DNA of 64,000 nucleotides from Spirogloea muscicola (GCA_009602725.1 WELB01000028.1:709972-773971); one strand, 5' to 3'. Shown: positions 27,936 through 41,227, numbered from the stretch's first letter. Made by a program: numbers and translations. Notes: generated by a model not told the origin, from the sequence alone.

Positions 27936-30340
27936 CCCAAATTGTCTTGTAAGACGAAGAAGAGAGAGAAAGCGCGGCACATTTAACTGGTGGCTGTGAG
28001 AGGCCAGCCCAAAGGAATGGACAAGGTCTGAAGGAGCCGGATGGCGCAGAAAGCAAGGTACTAAGTGCTACGACGGCGGTAAGGGGACTCTTAGTATCCT
28101 CTAGTCAGTAGATGCAGGCGGAATAGCTAGCAGGCGGATAGACGTCGCCCTGACGGAAGCCGGAGGCCGCCGCCAAAGCGCGTGAACCACGTGTGAACCA
28201 CGAAAAAACATGTAGAGAAATGAGAGATGGTCTCTTCCTTAGCGAGAGAAGGCGCGCGGCGCACATGGAATTGAAAGGGAGGCCATTTCTAGCTTTACAA
28301 ATATCCTGTTAACGGGGTAATGAGCTGGCTAAGGGGGACACTAAAATCCCCGAGTGAGCACATGCATGTCTGACAAGCTAAGCTGCGGAGCCAAACCACC
28401 ATTACGGAAGCCATTAGCCTGGGCTAATGCACGCCCAGCACGCTGGTGTATCGCTTGTTTCCTTAAGAGGGCGAAAGAAACAAGTAATTTTTGAGAGCCT
28501 ACTTGCGGACGTCTGAGAGATTAGTATCTTGCTTTTTGCGCCACCGGGCCCTTTCAGACCTTGTCCATTCTTTTGGGCTGGCTTCTCACAGCCATTGCTG
28601 TCAATTTGGAATCGCAGTTTTTTGAGATAAAAGAAAGAAACAGCGCGTCCAAATTGAATTGAGATCAGCTCAGCCACAGATAGGCGATGGTTGTGTGTCT
28701 TACAACGACTGCTTTCCTTCCAGCTCCTTCGGACCTTGTCCATTCCTTTGGGCTGGCCTCTTACAGCCACCAGTCAATTTGGAAGCGCTGTATGATTTCC
28801 GGCTGCTCAACGGGGGACACTGAGCACCCAATGGCCACTTGAGTCGGTGTGTGCTCTGGCGCTATTCTGGCCCCTTCGACCACTGTTTATCCTTTTTCCT
28901 GGGCTGGCCAATCACAGCCATCGCCCTCTACTGGAAGAGTTTTTCTTTTCCGGCTGCTTTCTGGCCCAGACTTACTATGTGACCATCCTCAGAACTTGTT
29001 TCAATGTTGATTTTAGCGCTCCCTGGCCAGCTTCGGACCTTGTCCACTCCTTTTGGGCTGGCTTTTCAGCCCTCGCCCCGTGGATGAGCTGACTTCCTTA
29101 CTGACTGCTAGACCTTGTTCATTTTCTTGGGCGGGCCTCTCGCCGCCTTGGGCTGACCTCTCACAGCCACTGCCTAACATTGAAAGAGCCGTTTCTTTTT
29201 GCCCAACTGTCAAATTAGCTTGTTGGATTAGCATGTGCTCAATCGTGGATATTTAAAGTCCCCATTCAGCCAGCTTCAGCACTGATACCTTGGGCCCCCT
29301 TGAAGTAGCGCTTCGCTTTGTGCAGCCACATTCTTTGCACTAACATTTTACCTGAACAAAGTCTTGGCTTGATCTTGCCTCCCATTCAATTCAGGCACAC
29401 CGCGGTCCTTTCCTCTCTCAAGGTCTCAAGTAGACCTAAAGACACGATGCAGGGATACCTTCGACCTCGTTTGAAATAGCGTCTGAGGAAGTTGGTCACC
29501 CCAGCCTGCAGAAGATGCATGGATTGCACTACGGGGCTGAAACGTTTGACGGTCAAGAGCGCAAATCAGAACCCGCAGCAGCTTCTTTATGTACATAATA
29601 TCTCTCGCAGGCTTAGTGAATTGCTGCAGCACTTCGTCCATCAGCAGCATTTGTCCAAGATCATACGTGATTCGGCTTTCAAATCTCCAGTCCGCATGCC
29701 ATCAGCAGCCACTTCCCCAAAAAGCTGCTTGCCATTAGGTGCCTCAGCAAGCCTCAAGACCTATATATAGGTCACCACCGTTGGCTACTGTGGTCATACA
29801 TTCTTGACAGCTACAAGATGTACGAGTCAGAAACGTTATAAGCTCAAGTGCCTATATCCTCCTATGAAGTAATCTAAATACGGATTACGTCTTAATTGCA
29901 TCTGACTGTGATCATGCGGCTCAATCCTTCAACTTTACTGAAGCTGCCTCCACCAATTCATGGCTGCTGTTGCCCGAGTTCCCTCTTCAGTCTGCACAGG
30001 CAGAGCAGCAGCAGCACAGCAGCAGCCAATGTATCTCTCTCCAGCCATTTGCCGTGGTTCTGACTGATCCACTACTGATAGCCAAAGCAACTGAGCGTAA
30101 GCTCAAGAGTGGAAGGAGGAAAGGTGAACAAGTCGTAAATGGTGACCAGTCTGTCCCCTTTGTCACAACCAAGACCTCTGATGCTCACCTGTCCAATATA
30201 CTGAACAGCATGAGGTGGTAGAGTTCAATCGCTGGGACCTGGGCTCCTAAGCCCGACCGACGTTAATGAGGACGACTGAAGAAAAGAAATGAGTTGCACT
30301 TTACAAATGCCTCAAATTGCTAGCTTAGGGGATGTCCTCA

Positions 30341-32632
30341 TCAGGCGGGGCGCTGAGCCAGGAGAGGCTGCAGAGCCTTCACCACAATCCCCATGTTTGG
30401 CCGGAAGTCCGCCTCGTACTGCACACACAAGGCCGCGACCGCTGCCAACTGCACAGTCCAAGCATTGCAGCAATTGCCGCAGTGATGCAAGGCATCAGAT
30501 GGGGCCTAGAATGGTGCAACTTCCATGCAAGCTGCTGCCAAACGAGATGCAGGATTCCACGTCAGATGTGCAATCTGCATATTTAAATGAAATCAGCTCG
30601 GCTGCTTGCATGCATCTGCAAGAAACACTCATGCTTCCCACTTGCAAAAAGGGCAACCCATTGGGTAGGTGGACGCACTTTTGCCACAGCTTTCTGTGGG
30701 TACTCCTTCAGCCGGGGGTCCACGCATGCCTTCACCTTGTCCTCGGCCAACCGCGGGGTCGCCTGGGCCAGGCAGCAGCCAACCGCTTGAGCAGGCACCC
30801 TTGACTTCTATACTCTAGGTTATCACAACATTCCCTTGTACGCTGTCCAAGATGCTCCTGTTATGACCTCCATGTTCAGAAGAGTGACACCAGTGGCACC
30901 AACAACTCTGCTCAACATGATTGCGACAAGAAGTATTATGAGGTGCAGGACTGATACCCAGGTCACAAGAGACTGCTGCCCTTTGGGCATGTTGTGATCT
31001 ACGGGTTTGCGACCAGTCAGCAGCTCCAAGAGCACAACCCCAAAGCTGTACACGTCGCTTTTGAAGCTCAAGGAGCCCGTCATTGCGTACCTAAACGCCA
31101 ATGGGCCAAGCAAAATGCAAGCAAGCAAGCAATCAGGTCAAGGCAGGACCAGACACAGATGGTTCTGCATATCAGTTCTTTGATACGAAGAAGGTTCCTA
31201 ACCATGTGTAGCAGCTCACTCATCCTCATGCTTGTTCATGCATGACAAGCAGTCTGACATTACTGCGGTAAGGAAAACAGTGAGTATCCACACAGAGTCT
31301 GTTGTTTGTATTCTTGAAATAGGAAAACAGCAGAGTCTACTAAAGTCATCAAGGCAGCTAAAAATCTGGACGCACTCAGGGGCGTGGTAACCAAAGGTGC
31401 CCAGGACGCGCGTGGAGTGGAGACGGGAGGCCTGGTCTGGCGCCTGGTTGGAGAGGTTGAAGTCCGCAATCTTGGCTGTGTAGTCGTCAAAGAGCAGCAC
31501 ATTGCTGGACTTTATGTCCTTATGGATAACCGGCGGCTGAACCTGCACCAGCAAACGAGCAGCGCAGGCAGCACAAGTACGTGAGCACCAAGCCCAAGCT
31601 GACAAAATCTTGGACCAGCGGTGGTGGCAGGTGTGCACCTTCTCATGGAGGTACTCAAGGCCCCTGGCCGAGGACACGGCGATCTTCACGCGCTGCATCC
31701 AATCCAGCGGCGGTCCAGGCTCTGCGTTCTTCACACCCTTGCGTCCTGCGCACGGCAGCCGCCAGCCCCAGTGCTGAGCTCTGCTGATGTTCGTATGCAG
31801 CAAGTACTCAGCTGCCGGATGAGGTCAGAACGGGTGGGGCTGATGCTGCTCCGCTGCAGCAGGTTACCATGGATGATGTCGTGGAGGCTGCCGAGCGGCG
31901 CAAACTCGTAGGCCAGCACGCGCATCTGCCCCTCGACGCAGTACCCCAACAGCTCCACGACGTTGTCGTGCCGCAGCTGGCTCACCAGCCCGACCTGGCT
32001 CGCAGCAGTGCCCCACCACGCCTCTCAGCCGGTGCAGGCTCACCGTGACAGTCACTGTGGGTAAGGATAGGCAGCCCAGTGCCAGGATGCAGTGCTGAGT
32101 CACTTGGCAGAGGTGGCCCTCTGGCCAGGGCTGACCTCGGCCAGGAACTCGGAGTCCTGCTGGGAGCTGGCATCGAGCTTCTTGATGGCGGCGGCGCGGC
32201 CGTCGTGCAGGATGCCATAGTACACGCGGCCATAGGAGCCCTCGCCGATGAGCGCCTTGGCGCCGAAGTCGTCCGTCGCCTCGCGCAGCTCGTCGAGCGG
32301 GAAGGTGGGCACCGCAATGGGCAGCGGCTGGGCGGGGTACGCGGGCTCCACGATCTGCTTCGGCGCCGGCGGCTCGGTGCTCGGCGCCACGCCCAACACG
32401 GTCGCTGCGGACGGGGTGTGGAGGTCGACCAACTGGCATTGAGCCGAGAGCAGAAGCACACACGGCGACAAAGACTGGAGCGCCGCTGCAACGATGACCA
32501 GTCTCGAGTGCGCATGGGAGAGGAGGCCATGCAGTCCTCTGACGTCTGGTGCGCACCTTGGTTGCCGTTGTGGGAGGGCCGGGAGGGGGCCTTGCGCTCC
32601 CGGCCCCCGCCTTTGCCAAAGCAGCAGGCCAT
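30341..32632 (-). CDS. PTI1: PTI1-like receptor-like cytoplasmic kinase
   Basis: MACCFGK start; [94 protein letters not shown]. Confidence 0.95.
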
Positions 32633-33204
32633 GGACGGCCTGCAGCACAAGATCAAGGTGTGCGCGACGCCTGGAAGGCGGGCGGGGTGCAGCGCAAGAA
32701 CGTCGTCGCTCGGTCACGGCAAGGCCCTGCCGGAAGCCACAAGGCCGTCGCTGCCGCGCCGTCAGCGGGAGAGGCGCAGCGGCAAGGCGTGACAAGGCTT
32801 GCCGGCGAGACGGCGCCGTCCGAGCCCACGCCAGCGCGGCCGCCTCCAGCCGATGGCGGTCGCGGTCGCCGATGGCGGCGGCATGCAGCACCGCGGCAGG
32901 CCAATTCGACGACGGCAGCGGCGGCGGAGGAGAGGCGCACGGCTACCTTGCCGGCATCGCAGCGGGGCTCGCCGCCGCCACAGCGAGCGCCGGCCGGGCA
33001 GGGCAGANGCAGCCGCCGCAACTGCTTGCCTGCGGCGGCGGCGGCTGCAGCGGGCGGCGGCGGTGGCGGCGGCGGGTCAGCGGCGAGGGGTGGTGGTGGG
33101 AAGGGGGGGGCCAGTGGGACTGCCGACAGGTAGTGGCCCGGGTTGAGCCGTCGGCAAAGCGCTGACGGAAATATCATCAGCAAGTATCGTGTAGAGGATG
33201 ATCA

Positions 33205-36200
33205 CTTGGTAACCTCTGATTAGCAGCAGCAAGTCAGAATAAGAAAGGCTAGCCGCCGGAAAGCAGTCCCCGTGGCTTCGCAGCCGCGATGGACAAGGCA
33301 GCCTTCACCACCGCCTTGCTGCAGCTCCCCGGAGGCCGACCTGCGCGGGCGTGCGAGACACCACTCGGCCTCTTCCCCGGGGGGCAGCGGCGTGGCTCCA
33401 GGCCCTCCCCCTCAACGACGCCCTCACTCTCCCGGACGAGGTATTCCGCAGTGCCGTCCACCGGCTCCTCGGCCTGCCGCCGCCATGTCTCCAGGGTGTG
33501 CGTCAGTGTGAACGTGGCGAGCGAGGGGCCGAGCCTGGGGAGCTCGCCGAACATTTTACGCCGTAGCCTCCGTAGATATCCATGGCACGCGGACAAAAAT
33601 GGTCCCCTCGGGAATGGTCCTGGTAGTGCCGCTCCTTCTTGAGCTCCGCGGTGGGCGTGGCGACCAGGTCGGCGCGTCGTGTATGGGGCTGGCCGTCCGC
33701 GCCCAGCTGGATGGGCATTATTGAGGAGTTCTCCACAGCCACCTTGAAGCCAGCCTCCATAGACACCCCCTGCATACCATCTCGCAGGAGATCGTGGAAA
33801 GCGGTCCGATCGCCCCTGTGTGCGCAACGGAGCATATGTGCAGCCAGCTCCGCAGGGTCAGCGTTACGGGCACCGCACTCGCACTGATTAGCGCCCACGA
33901 GGCAGGGAGGGAGGAGGCCCAAGAGCCGGTGGACCGCCGTCCTGAAGACCTCATCGGGCATGGTGAGCGCCGCGTGGAGTGGGAGCGCTGATAACCACGC
34001 CGCCGTCCCATGGGAGGAGGCTGAGAGAAGCCGGGCGCGCCCTCGAAGGTCAGACGGAGGGAGAAGCTCCACCACCTGGTCAGCGGCCGCTTTTTCATTC
34101 AGCGCTGAGAAACGTGCCTGGGCACGCAGGTCAAGGGTGTGGGCGAGGGGCGAGGTGGATGAAAGGGACGGCCTGCTCCAACATTTTGGGGTGGACCGCC
34201 AGGAGCCTGTCGCGGGCAGAGCGGAGGGCAACCTGAAAGGGCAGCTGGCCGATCTCCACTTCAGCTGCCGCCCGCTCCAGGGCGCGCTGGACGTAGACGA
34301 GGAACCTCTGGCACATGGGGGCTGCCACCTGAGCCCAGCTACCCATGTAGGCCGCCTCGCAGGCGCGGGCAACTGAGCGGCATCCCAGCTGCCGCGGCTG
34401 GTCAGCAGGCTAGCCTGCAACAGCGCAGCTGGTGAAGTGAGGAACGCAGGGTGCTGCACGAGGGTGGCCGCGGACGCCAGGATACCGGAGTCAGAAGCCG
34501 CATACGCTGCCTTCACCGCCGATGAGGGAGGGATGGTGCGGGCCAGGTAGTGTGGTCGCTGCGCGAAGCGTGTCAGCATCGCGGTCGCCAGCTGCATGTC
34601 CTGCAGCATGTGAAGACAGTCCGCCGGCCGGAGGTGTTCCTGCAGCCGCGCCTGCAGCTGCTCCGTCACAAAGGCAGGTGCGCCTAGGGGGACGCCGAGG
34701 AGGGTGAGGCCCCCGGCTGGTGTCTGGCAACCCTCGGGCAGGCGCAGGTGGGCTGGCAGGCCCTGAGGGGAGCAGGCGCTGCATTTGTCCGCCCGAATGT
34801 CCAGGTCGATCGCGTTCAGCTGCACTTGGAGGGTGGCAAAGGCAGCTACGACATCCTCTGGCTTCCCCACCAGCGTGGTGTCATCAGTGTATGTCGGCAC
34901 GAGGACGCCAGGGTGAACCGCGACCATTGCCTGGAGCGCACGGTGATGTGCCAGAGCGTGGTAGAACCCCGCCAGTGGATCCCCTTGGCGCGCGCCCCTG
35001 GTGGAGTGGATGGTCGTCGCTGAACCACCCCCCGCCCGCCACTGCAGCTCGCATGGCTGACCGGACCCCATCCTGAAGAAGGGTAGAAGGCTGGGGAAGG
35101 CCTCTCTCAGCTCCTCCGCGATGACATTACGATCAACGCTGTTGAAGGCGTTGCGGACGTCGACCGCCATAGCCACCCATTCGGGATGCAGGTCCAGGGC
35201 GGCCCGTACGCCGTGCACGACTGTTTCACCGCCGCTCCGCAGCCCCGCACCAAACTGTTGGGGCGCCAGGTGTGCCTGGGCCTGCCCTGCGTGCTGTTGC
35301 CAAAGCGCGCGCCCCACCAGGCGGCACCTCACCAATGGCGATGGGCCTGACCCCCCCACCGGCCTTGCTGAGCGCCAGCAGTGTACTGGTGCACAGGATG
35401 TTGCGAATGCTGGCCGGGACCTGGTCGCGAGCGAGGAGCTGGCACACCTGGTGGAGCGCCTGGAAGTCGGCCGGGTCGCCCTCCAGGAAGATTACCTGGA
35501 GATGCTCGGTAAGCATGTGGGAAGGACCTCCAGCGGCCGCGCAGCGGCTGCTCTGCAGGGCCCTCTGCAGGGCGTCGGCTTTGAGGACCACCTCCTCCGG
35601 CGGTGCGAAGGTGGCCAGCCACGGGGGCAGGGGGTGGCGAGCCGCAGGGTGCAGGGACTCCAGGGCCGCCCTTGTGGCAGCATTGGTGGGCGCCAGCACC
35701 GCGTCGTCCAGGGCCTGGATTGCCCTTGAAAACTCGCCCGCGTGACCGAACCGCAGAGCCCGGCGGACATTGGCGGCCCTGTCTGGTGCGGCCTGCGCGT
35801 CACCTCGGTTTGCTGCCGCGGCCGCCACCGCTGCGTCATGGGGCGCGAGAAGCTCCTCCCAACGGTCGCTCTCGAACAATCGGACGCGCTCCAGAAGGGG
35901 CTGCTGGCCCTGCCAGCGGCCGTCGTGGGGGGCACGGTCGAGCAGTAGCCGGGGGAAGAGGAGAAACTGCTTCCAAGCCGCCTCGTCCCGGTGGACCCTG
36001 GCAATCCGCTGCATCGCCGGGCGGAGCGCACGGCGAATGTGCGGGCGCACCCAGCGGGGCACATGGTGGAGGAGCGGGAGGGTCGCCTGGCGGTGGATGG
36101 CAGCCAGGTCGAGGCCGGCCAGCCACTGCCAGTGTTGAGGCGTGGGAGGGGTGGGCGCGGGAGGGACAGGCCTGCCTGGTCTGCCCCGGCGGCCGCCCGC

Positions 36201-37500
36201 AGCCGCTGCGCTCCACACCTGCGCCACACGGTTGTTGTTGAGCGCGCAGGCGCGCTCGTGGTTGGCCCGGCCTGACCGCGTGGTGAAGGTTGTCTGGCAG
36301 TGCTGGCACAGCAGGGGGTCGGGCGAGGTGGGGGCGAGGGCGGTGGAGCTGGTGCGCTCGGTGAAGGCGGAGGCGGCGCTGGCGAGGACGGCGTCGAGGG
36401 CGCCGACGACAGGGGGCAGGGCGGCTCGAGAGGCGGGATGGCGGATGGCTGGAAAGACGGAAGCGCAGACCGGGGGAGCGGCGGCAAGGTCGAGGCGGGT
36501 GGCTGGCACAGCGGAGGTGGACTCTGGGGTGACGGTGGCGGCGACGTTGGCGACGGTGGTGACGGCGGCAGAGGCGGCAGCGACGGCGGTGGGAACGGCG
36601 GCCCTGCTGCCACGGGAGGCGCACTCACGGGGATATCAGGGGCAGCATCACGCCCAGGGGACAAGGCACCCTGCGGAGAGACCGGGTTCACCTCAGGGGG
36701 CCCTTCACATCTCGAGGGCTGAGTCGATAAAGCAGGTGCCCGTTGCTTCTCACGGGCGGGAGGCGATACATGCTCCTCCATGGTCTGCTCCTGAGGTGAG
36801 GCTGCCAGGACCGTGACGATGGGGCCGCAAGCCGCAGCGGCCGCATCGGCTGGCGGGCACGGCGAAGGTGGACTATGTGGCGGCGGTGGCGGCGACTGCG
36901 GCGGCGGAGATGACGGCGGCGGCGGCGACGGCGGTGGTGACGGCGGCCCTGGGGCGGGAGGCAATATACGCTCCTCCGGAGATCTGTTCCTGAGGTGCGG
37001 CTGCCAGGACAGTGGCGTTGGGGTTGCAGGCTGCGGCGGCCACATCGGGCGTCGAGCCAGCGGGGCTGGGATACCCCTTGCAGTGTTTCCGGTGCGAGGA
37101 GACACCGCGGGGAGTAGCAAATCCCGCGGACAGGTTAGGCACGGCACGCGCGCGGACGCCGCAGGCGGGGAAGACGGTGGCGGGAGAGATAGGGGGGTGG
37201 CAGGTGGGGGCGATGGCGCTGGGAGGGGGGAAAGGCGGAAGGGGCGGCGGCGGAGGTGGCGTGGTGGCGGCATGGAAGGCGGAGAAGGCGAGGAACCGCT
37301 GCGCCCAAGCGAACTTGGCCGGGGGAAGTTCGGGACTCCGGCTCCGAAGGCGGCGCGGAGAACGCGCGGGTGCGGCGACGGGAGCGACGGGAGCGACGGT
37401 GGCAGCAGGGCCCGGCGTAGGGGCAGGGTCGGGAGGGGGCCTGCACGCCGCCGTGGACCCCATGGCGGGCGCCTCCGGCGACGGCGCCGGCGGCGGCCCG
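33205..37500 (-). mobile_element. Near-full-length, frameshifted CRE-like (RLE-type) non-LTR retrotransposon
   Basis: N-terminal zinc fingers (CQHCQTTFTTRSGRANHERAC and a frameshifted CLTCPR/GFATPRGVSSHRKHC); RT motifs GVRPIAIGE, QFGAG, DVRNAFNSVDR, GARQGDPL, YTDD; then CEC...HMLRC knuckle, FHD, RRADLV RLE motifs; ends DLLLLIRGY. No introns or LTRs. Confidence 0.88.
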
Positions 37501-37666
37501 GGGTTCAGGAGGGGTGGCGGCGGCGGCGGCGGCGGCGCCTGCTTGGAGACCTAAGGCAGAGGCTGCAGCTAGAGCACGGCGGTTGACGAGCGGCCGTTCG
37601 CCATGTGTAACTAGGGGCTCCCAGAGCTTCAGTCGGCCCAGCTCGCCAGCCAGCCCCGCGGCGGCC

Positions 37667-39417
37667 ATGGACGGGTGGGACACGGCGACGCGGTCGACGG
37701 TGCAGCGCATCCCGCTGCTGGCCACCAAGGCCGGCCCGCGCGAAGGCGAGGCCTGGAAGAAGCGCCTCAAGGAGGAGTACATGGTGCGCACCGCTGCCGC
37801 CGCCGGCACAGCGGCCGCCGCCGCTGGCCGCCGCCTCGTCGTCATCCCTGACGGCCGCCCGCGCTCCGCCAGGCTTTGATCAAGTACATGGAGATGAACA
37901 AGGCGAGCGACAGTGACTGGTTCCGCATCGCCGCGGAGGACGCGGAAGGCACCCGGTGGCGCGGCCGCTGCTGGTACGTCCACAACCTCCTCAAGTACGA
38001 CTTTGAGCTCCGCTTCGACATCCCCGTCACCTACCCCGCCACCGCGCCCGAGCTCCAGCTCCCCGAGCTCGACGGCAAGACCGCCAAGGTGTGCAGCATT
38101 TCTGTCCACCGCCGCTGTTGCAATTGGCGGGGCCTGGCCGCGCCACCTTTGTGGCAGTAGCCGTGGTCACTTGCGTGACCAGCGGCCATGGCGGCGCTGG
38201 TCCTGCACCGCGCACTCTCCACCGACTTTAGACATAAAGGTCGCTAATCGATGCCTCAATACCAGACGGCAAATTTGAAGCCTTCTGCCACCAACTAGAG
38301 CTTGCCCAGCTTTCTGCAAAGCATGAGCCTGAGCACGCTGTAAACAGGCCGACACTCGTCGTCGCAAGAACGACAGATATGCAGCTGGCAAACCCATCTC
38401 AGCCGGAAGCACATCTGCACGTCGTGCATACCCTACATTGGCAATATTCTGAAGGAGAGTGTGAAACCGAGGACCTAAACAGCCAAAGATATCGACTGCA
38501 GCATTACTTCGACTACCACCGACGCGATCTTTTCCTGCCAGCTGCAGTCGATAACTTTGGCTGTTTAGGTCGTCGGTTCCACACTCTCCTTTAGACTACT
38601 GCCAATCTAGGGTATGCACGACATGCAGATGTGCTTCCGGCTGAAATGGGTTTGCCAGCTGCAAATCTGTCATTCTTGCGATGACAAGTGTCAGCCTGTT
38701 TACAGCGTGCTCATGCTCATGCTTTGCACCAGAAAGCTGGGCGAGCTCTAGTTGGTGGCAGAAGTGCTTCGAATCTGCCATCTGGTATTGAGGCATCAAA
38801 TAGCGACCTTTATGTATTGACCCGTGGTTACTGAGCAGGTCACTCTGCAGTGGGTGGTGTACATCAATAGATGCGCTTGACTTCTTTGTACTTGGCCATT
38901 TTGGCCTTTGTTTGTTTCAAATACACGTTAATTTTCCTCTTAGAGGAGTCCACGGTACTTAGTGTGCCTGAATGAAGTGTGTGGCGGGTGCTTTGTGCCG
39001 GCTGCGGTGGCGCAGATGTATCGCGGCGGCAAGATCTGCCTTACTATCCACTTCAAGCCCCTGTGGGCCAAGAACTCGTGAGAGCCGGTTCTTGCCTGCT
39101 CGTGCTGTCCTTGCTCACGGCAAGCTCTTATTGCAGGGTAGCCCTTGCCAACCCCATGCGATCGCATGGCTGCCTGCCTTTAAAGAACCCCCTGCAGGTG
39201 ACTGTAATATGCTGTGCTCGTGTGGCTACGCAGGCCGCACTTTGGCATTGCACACGCGCTCTGCCTGGGTATGGCGCCCTGGCTGGCGGCCGAGGTCCCA
39301 CACCTCGTCGACACAGGCGCCATCCGGCACCAGGACGGCGCTGGCGCGGCTGCGCCAGCAAGGCCTCTTACCAGCAGCCAAGAAGATAGGGCACGCAAAG
39401 ACAAAAGCGCTTCATAG
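37667..39417 (+). CDS. UFC1: Ufm1-conjugating enzyme 1 (exons 37667-37783, 37873-38088, 39016-39077, 39234-39417)
   Basis: [11 protein letters not shown]...RLKEEY|ALIKY...DSDWF...[67 protein letters not shown] with canonical GT-AG junctions. Confidence 0.97.
38232..38927. repeat. Fold-back of CRE-like 3' ends within UFC1 intron 2
   Basis: Arms 38232-38502 and 38541-38815 are reverse complements with scattered substitutions; the right arm continues to LTRGY* and a 3' UTR ending AAATACAC. Confidence 0.9.
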
Positions 39418-41227
39418 CTGCGGCTCCCTTTCCCCAACCCCTCTTTGGTCCCCTCAACCGGAGTCCTACTTGCCCGTTGGCACCCAACACTGTCTCCTTT
39501 CAGTTGATCCGAGAGCCAGTTGCCATCAGAGAGTTCCTAGCTGGTCCGCAGGTCAATGCTCGTAATGTGCCCCACACAGAGGGAGGCCAGCAGCAGACGT
39601 TCTGTTATGGGCATAGGCCCCACCGCCGCCTCCTCCATTCTGGCCAGGTTGAGTCCATCTGAAACATCCTTTTCAGCTCTCAGAGTTGTGTGAAGGAAAG
39701 GCCTAACCAGGCAGCAGATATTGTGCCATGCCACAAACGGTCTACTACTTTGCTGCTTACAGAGCTTACTTCTTTCAGGAGCTTGCACAACAACTTCTGA
39801 CACGCATGTAAGATTGTCATCACGACTTTACTGTGCCAGCACAGAATACAGCAGGAGGGGTAGACGAACAATTTTGACCGAGGGCCACATGTTGGATGTA
39901 TGTTGTCTTGTCGCTTCTTCTCTTGCTTAACTGGACCGCAGAATTATAGGGTCAAATAGATTAGGGGAAGGTATATTGCTGACAAGTACTGAGTACGATG
40001 TCCGAGACTAAGCCAGATGGAAGATCAATTAGACAGTCACTTTCATACCGACCAAGACGTTCCTCTTCCAGCAAACCATGCTAATATTAAAAGAGCGGCT
40101 GTGAAAGCAACCATGCTGCTGAGGATATGGTACACGGATATCTAGTTGCCCACTCCTTATAGCAGCCGGGCAGCCCACCTTCAATGCCGCCAGGTTGCAA
40201 GCTCAAACGTACCTAGTGCCCCTTTTCATCAGTATCCAGCATTCCCAGGCGTTCCACATGCATTTGCGGGCAGGCCAGGTCCTGGCTGCTTCCTGTCTTT
40301 CGGCAGGGCGACCATCTTCCAGCTAATTACTGACATTCCGGCTGTTGACTGAAGGATATTGAGCACCATTCACAGGTATCCTTTACCAAGCTGTGTGATT
40401 TCTGCAGGTCCTGCCCCTGTGGACCTTGTCCAGTCTCTTCGGGCTGGCACAGCCATCGTCCCCTCTGGAAGAGCGGATACCTGCATTCGGAGCACACTAC
40501 TGCTCGCAAGCTGCAGGGTCTGCAGGGTGTCCACCGCCTCGTCCAGGATTGCTGACCGACTAATGATCGCTTTCTGCGCCCGCCGGGTCGAAGGCTACAC
40601 CACAGGAGGGTTGCCAGCACTGGTGGCGAACTGCCGCTCTCTACGGCTTGAATCATGCGGTGGCCTTTATCTAGGGCATGTTGAGGGCATGCACGTACAA
40701 CTTACGCTTTGCAGCAGAGCTGTCGCAAAGATTGCTGGATACCAGGTTCCAGCAGAGTTGCCGTGATCATCTGCAGCTCTAACCTTGATGTTGCTGAGTG
40801 CTGCCCTCACCTTGTTGCTGTCGTTACTACCTACTGTGGCCCGCAGCCGCGCCTGACCGACTAAGTCCCGCCTCCACTCCCCAGTCCCTCAAGCTGCACG
40901 CCACTTCCATGCCTTGACCGCTGTGCCCGTCTGACCCCACCAGTGGTGGCTGGACTCAAGACCGCGGTCACCTCGCATGGCACCAGGGCTGCGTCGTCGT
41001 CGCCTGAATCTGGCACTCGGTGCCGGAGCACAGCACAGCGGTGGTCTACGGCTTTGGCGCCGGTTCTGCAGCGAACGACACTGAGGGACGCCGCAAGACT
41101 GCTCGCTGGGGCCTTGCGCGTCACAAGCCCGCCCAGCTCACGGCGGTGCTCGGCCGCCGAGCGGCGGCCCGCGGGGGAGAGGCTCAGCTGAGGCCGAGCG
41201 GCGGCCTTGGCTCGCGCGGCCAAGACT

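Noticed and set aside
35492..37273. 593-aa proline-rich extensin-like ORF
   Set aside because: Alternative frame of the GC-rich, frameshifted 5' part of the retrotransposon ORF.
37520..37665. HDV-like ribozyme at the retroelement 5' end (GGCGAA motif on the minus strand)
   Set aside because: I could not build P1/P3/P1.1 pairings by eye; the region is also the UFC1 5' leader.
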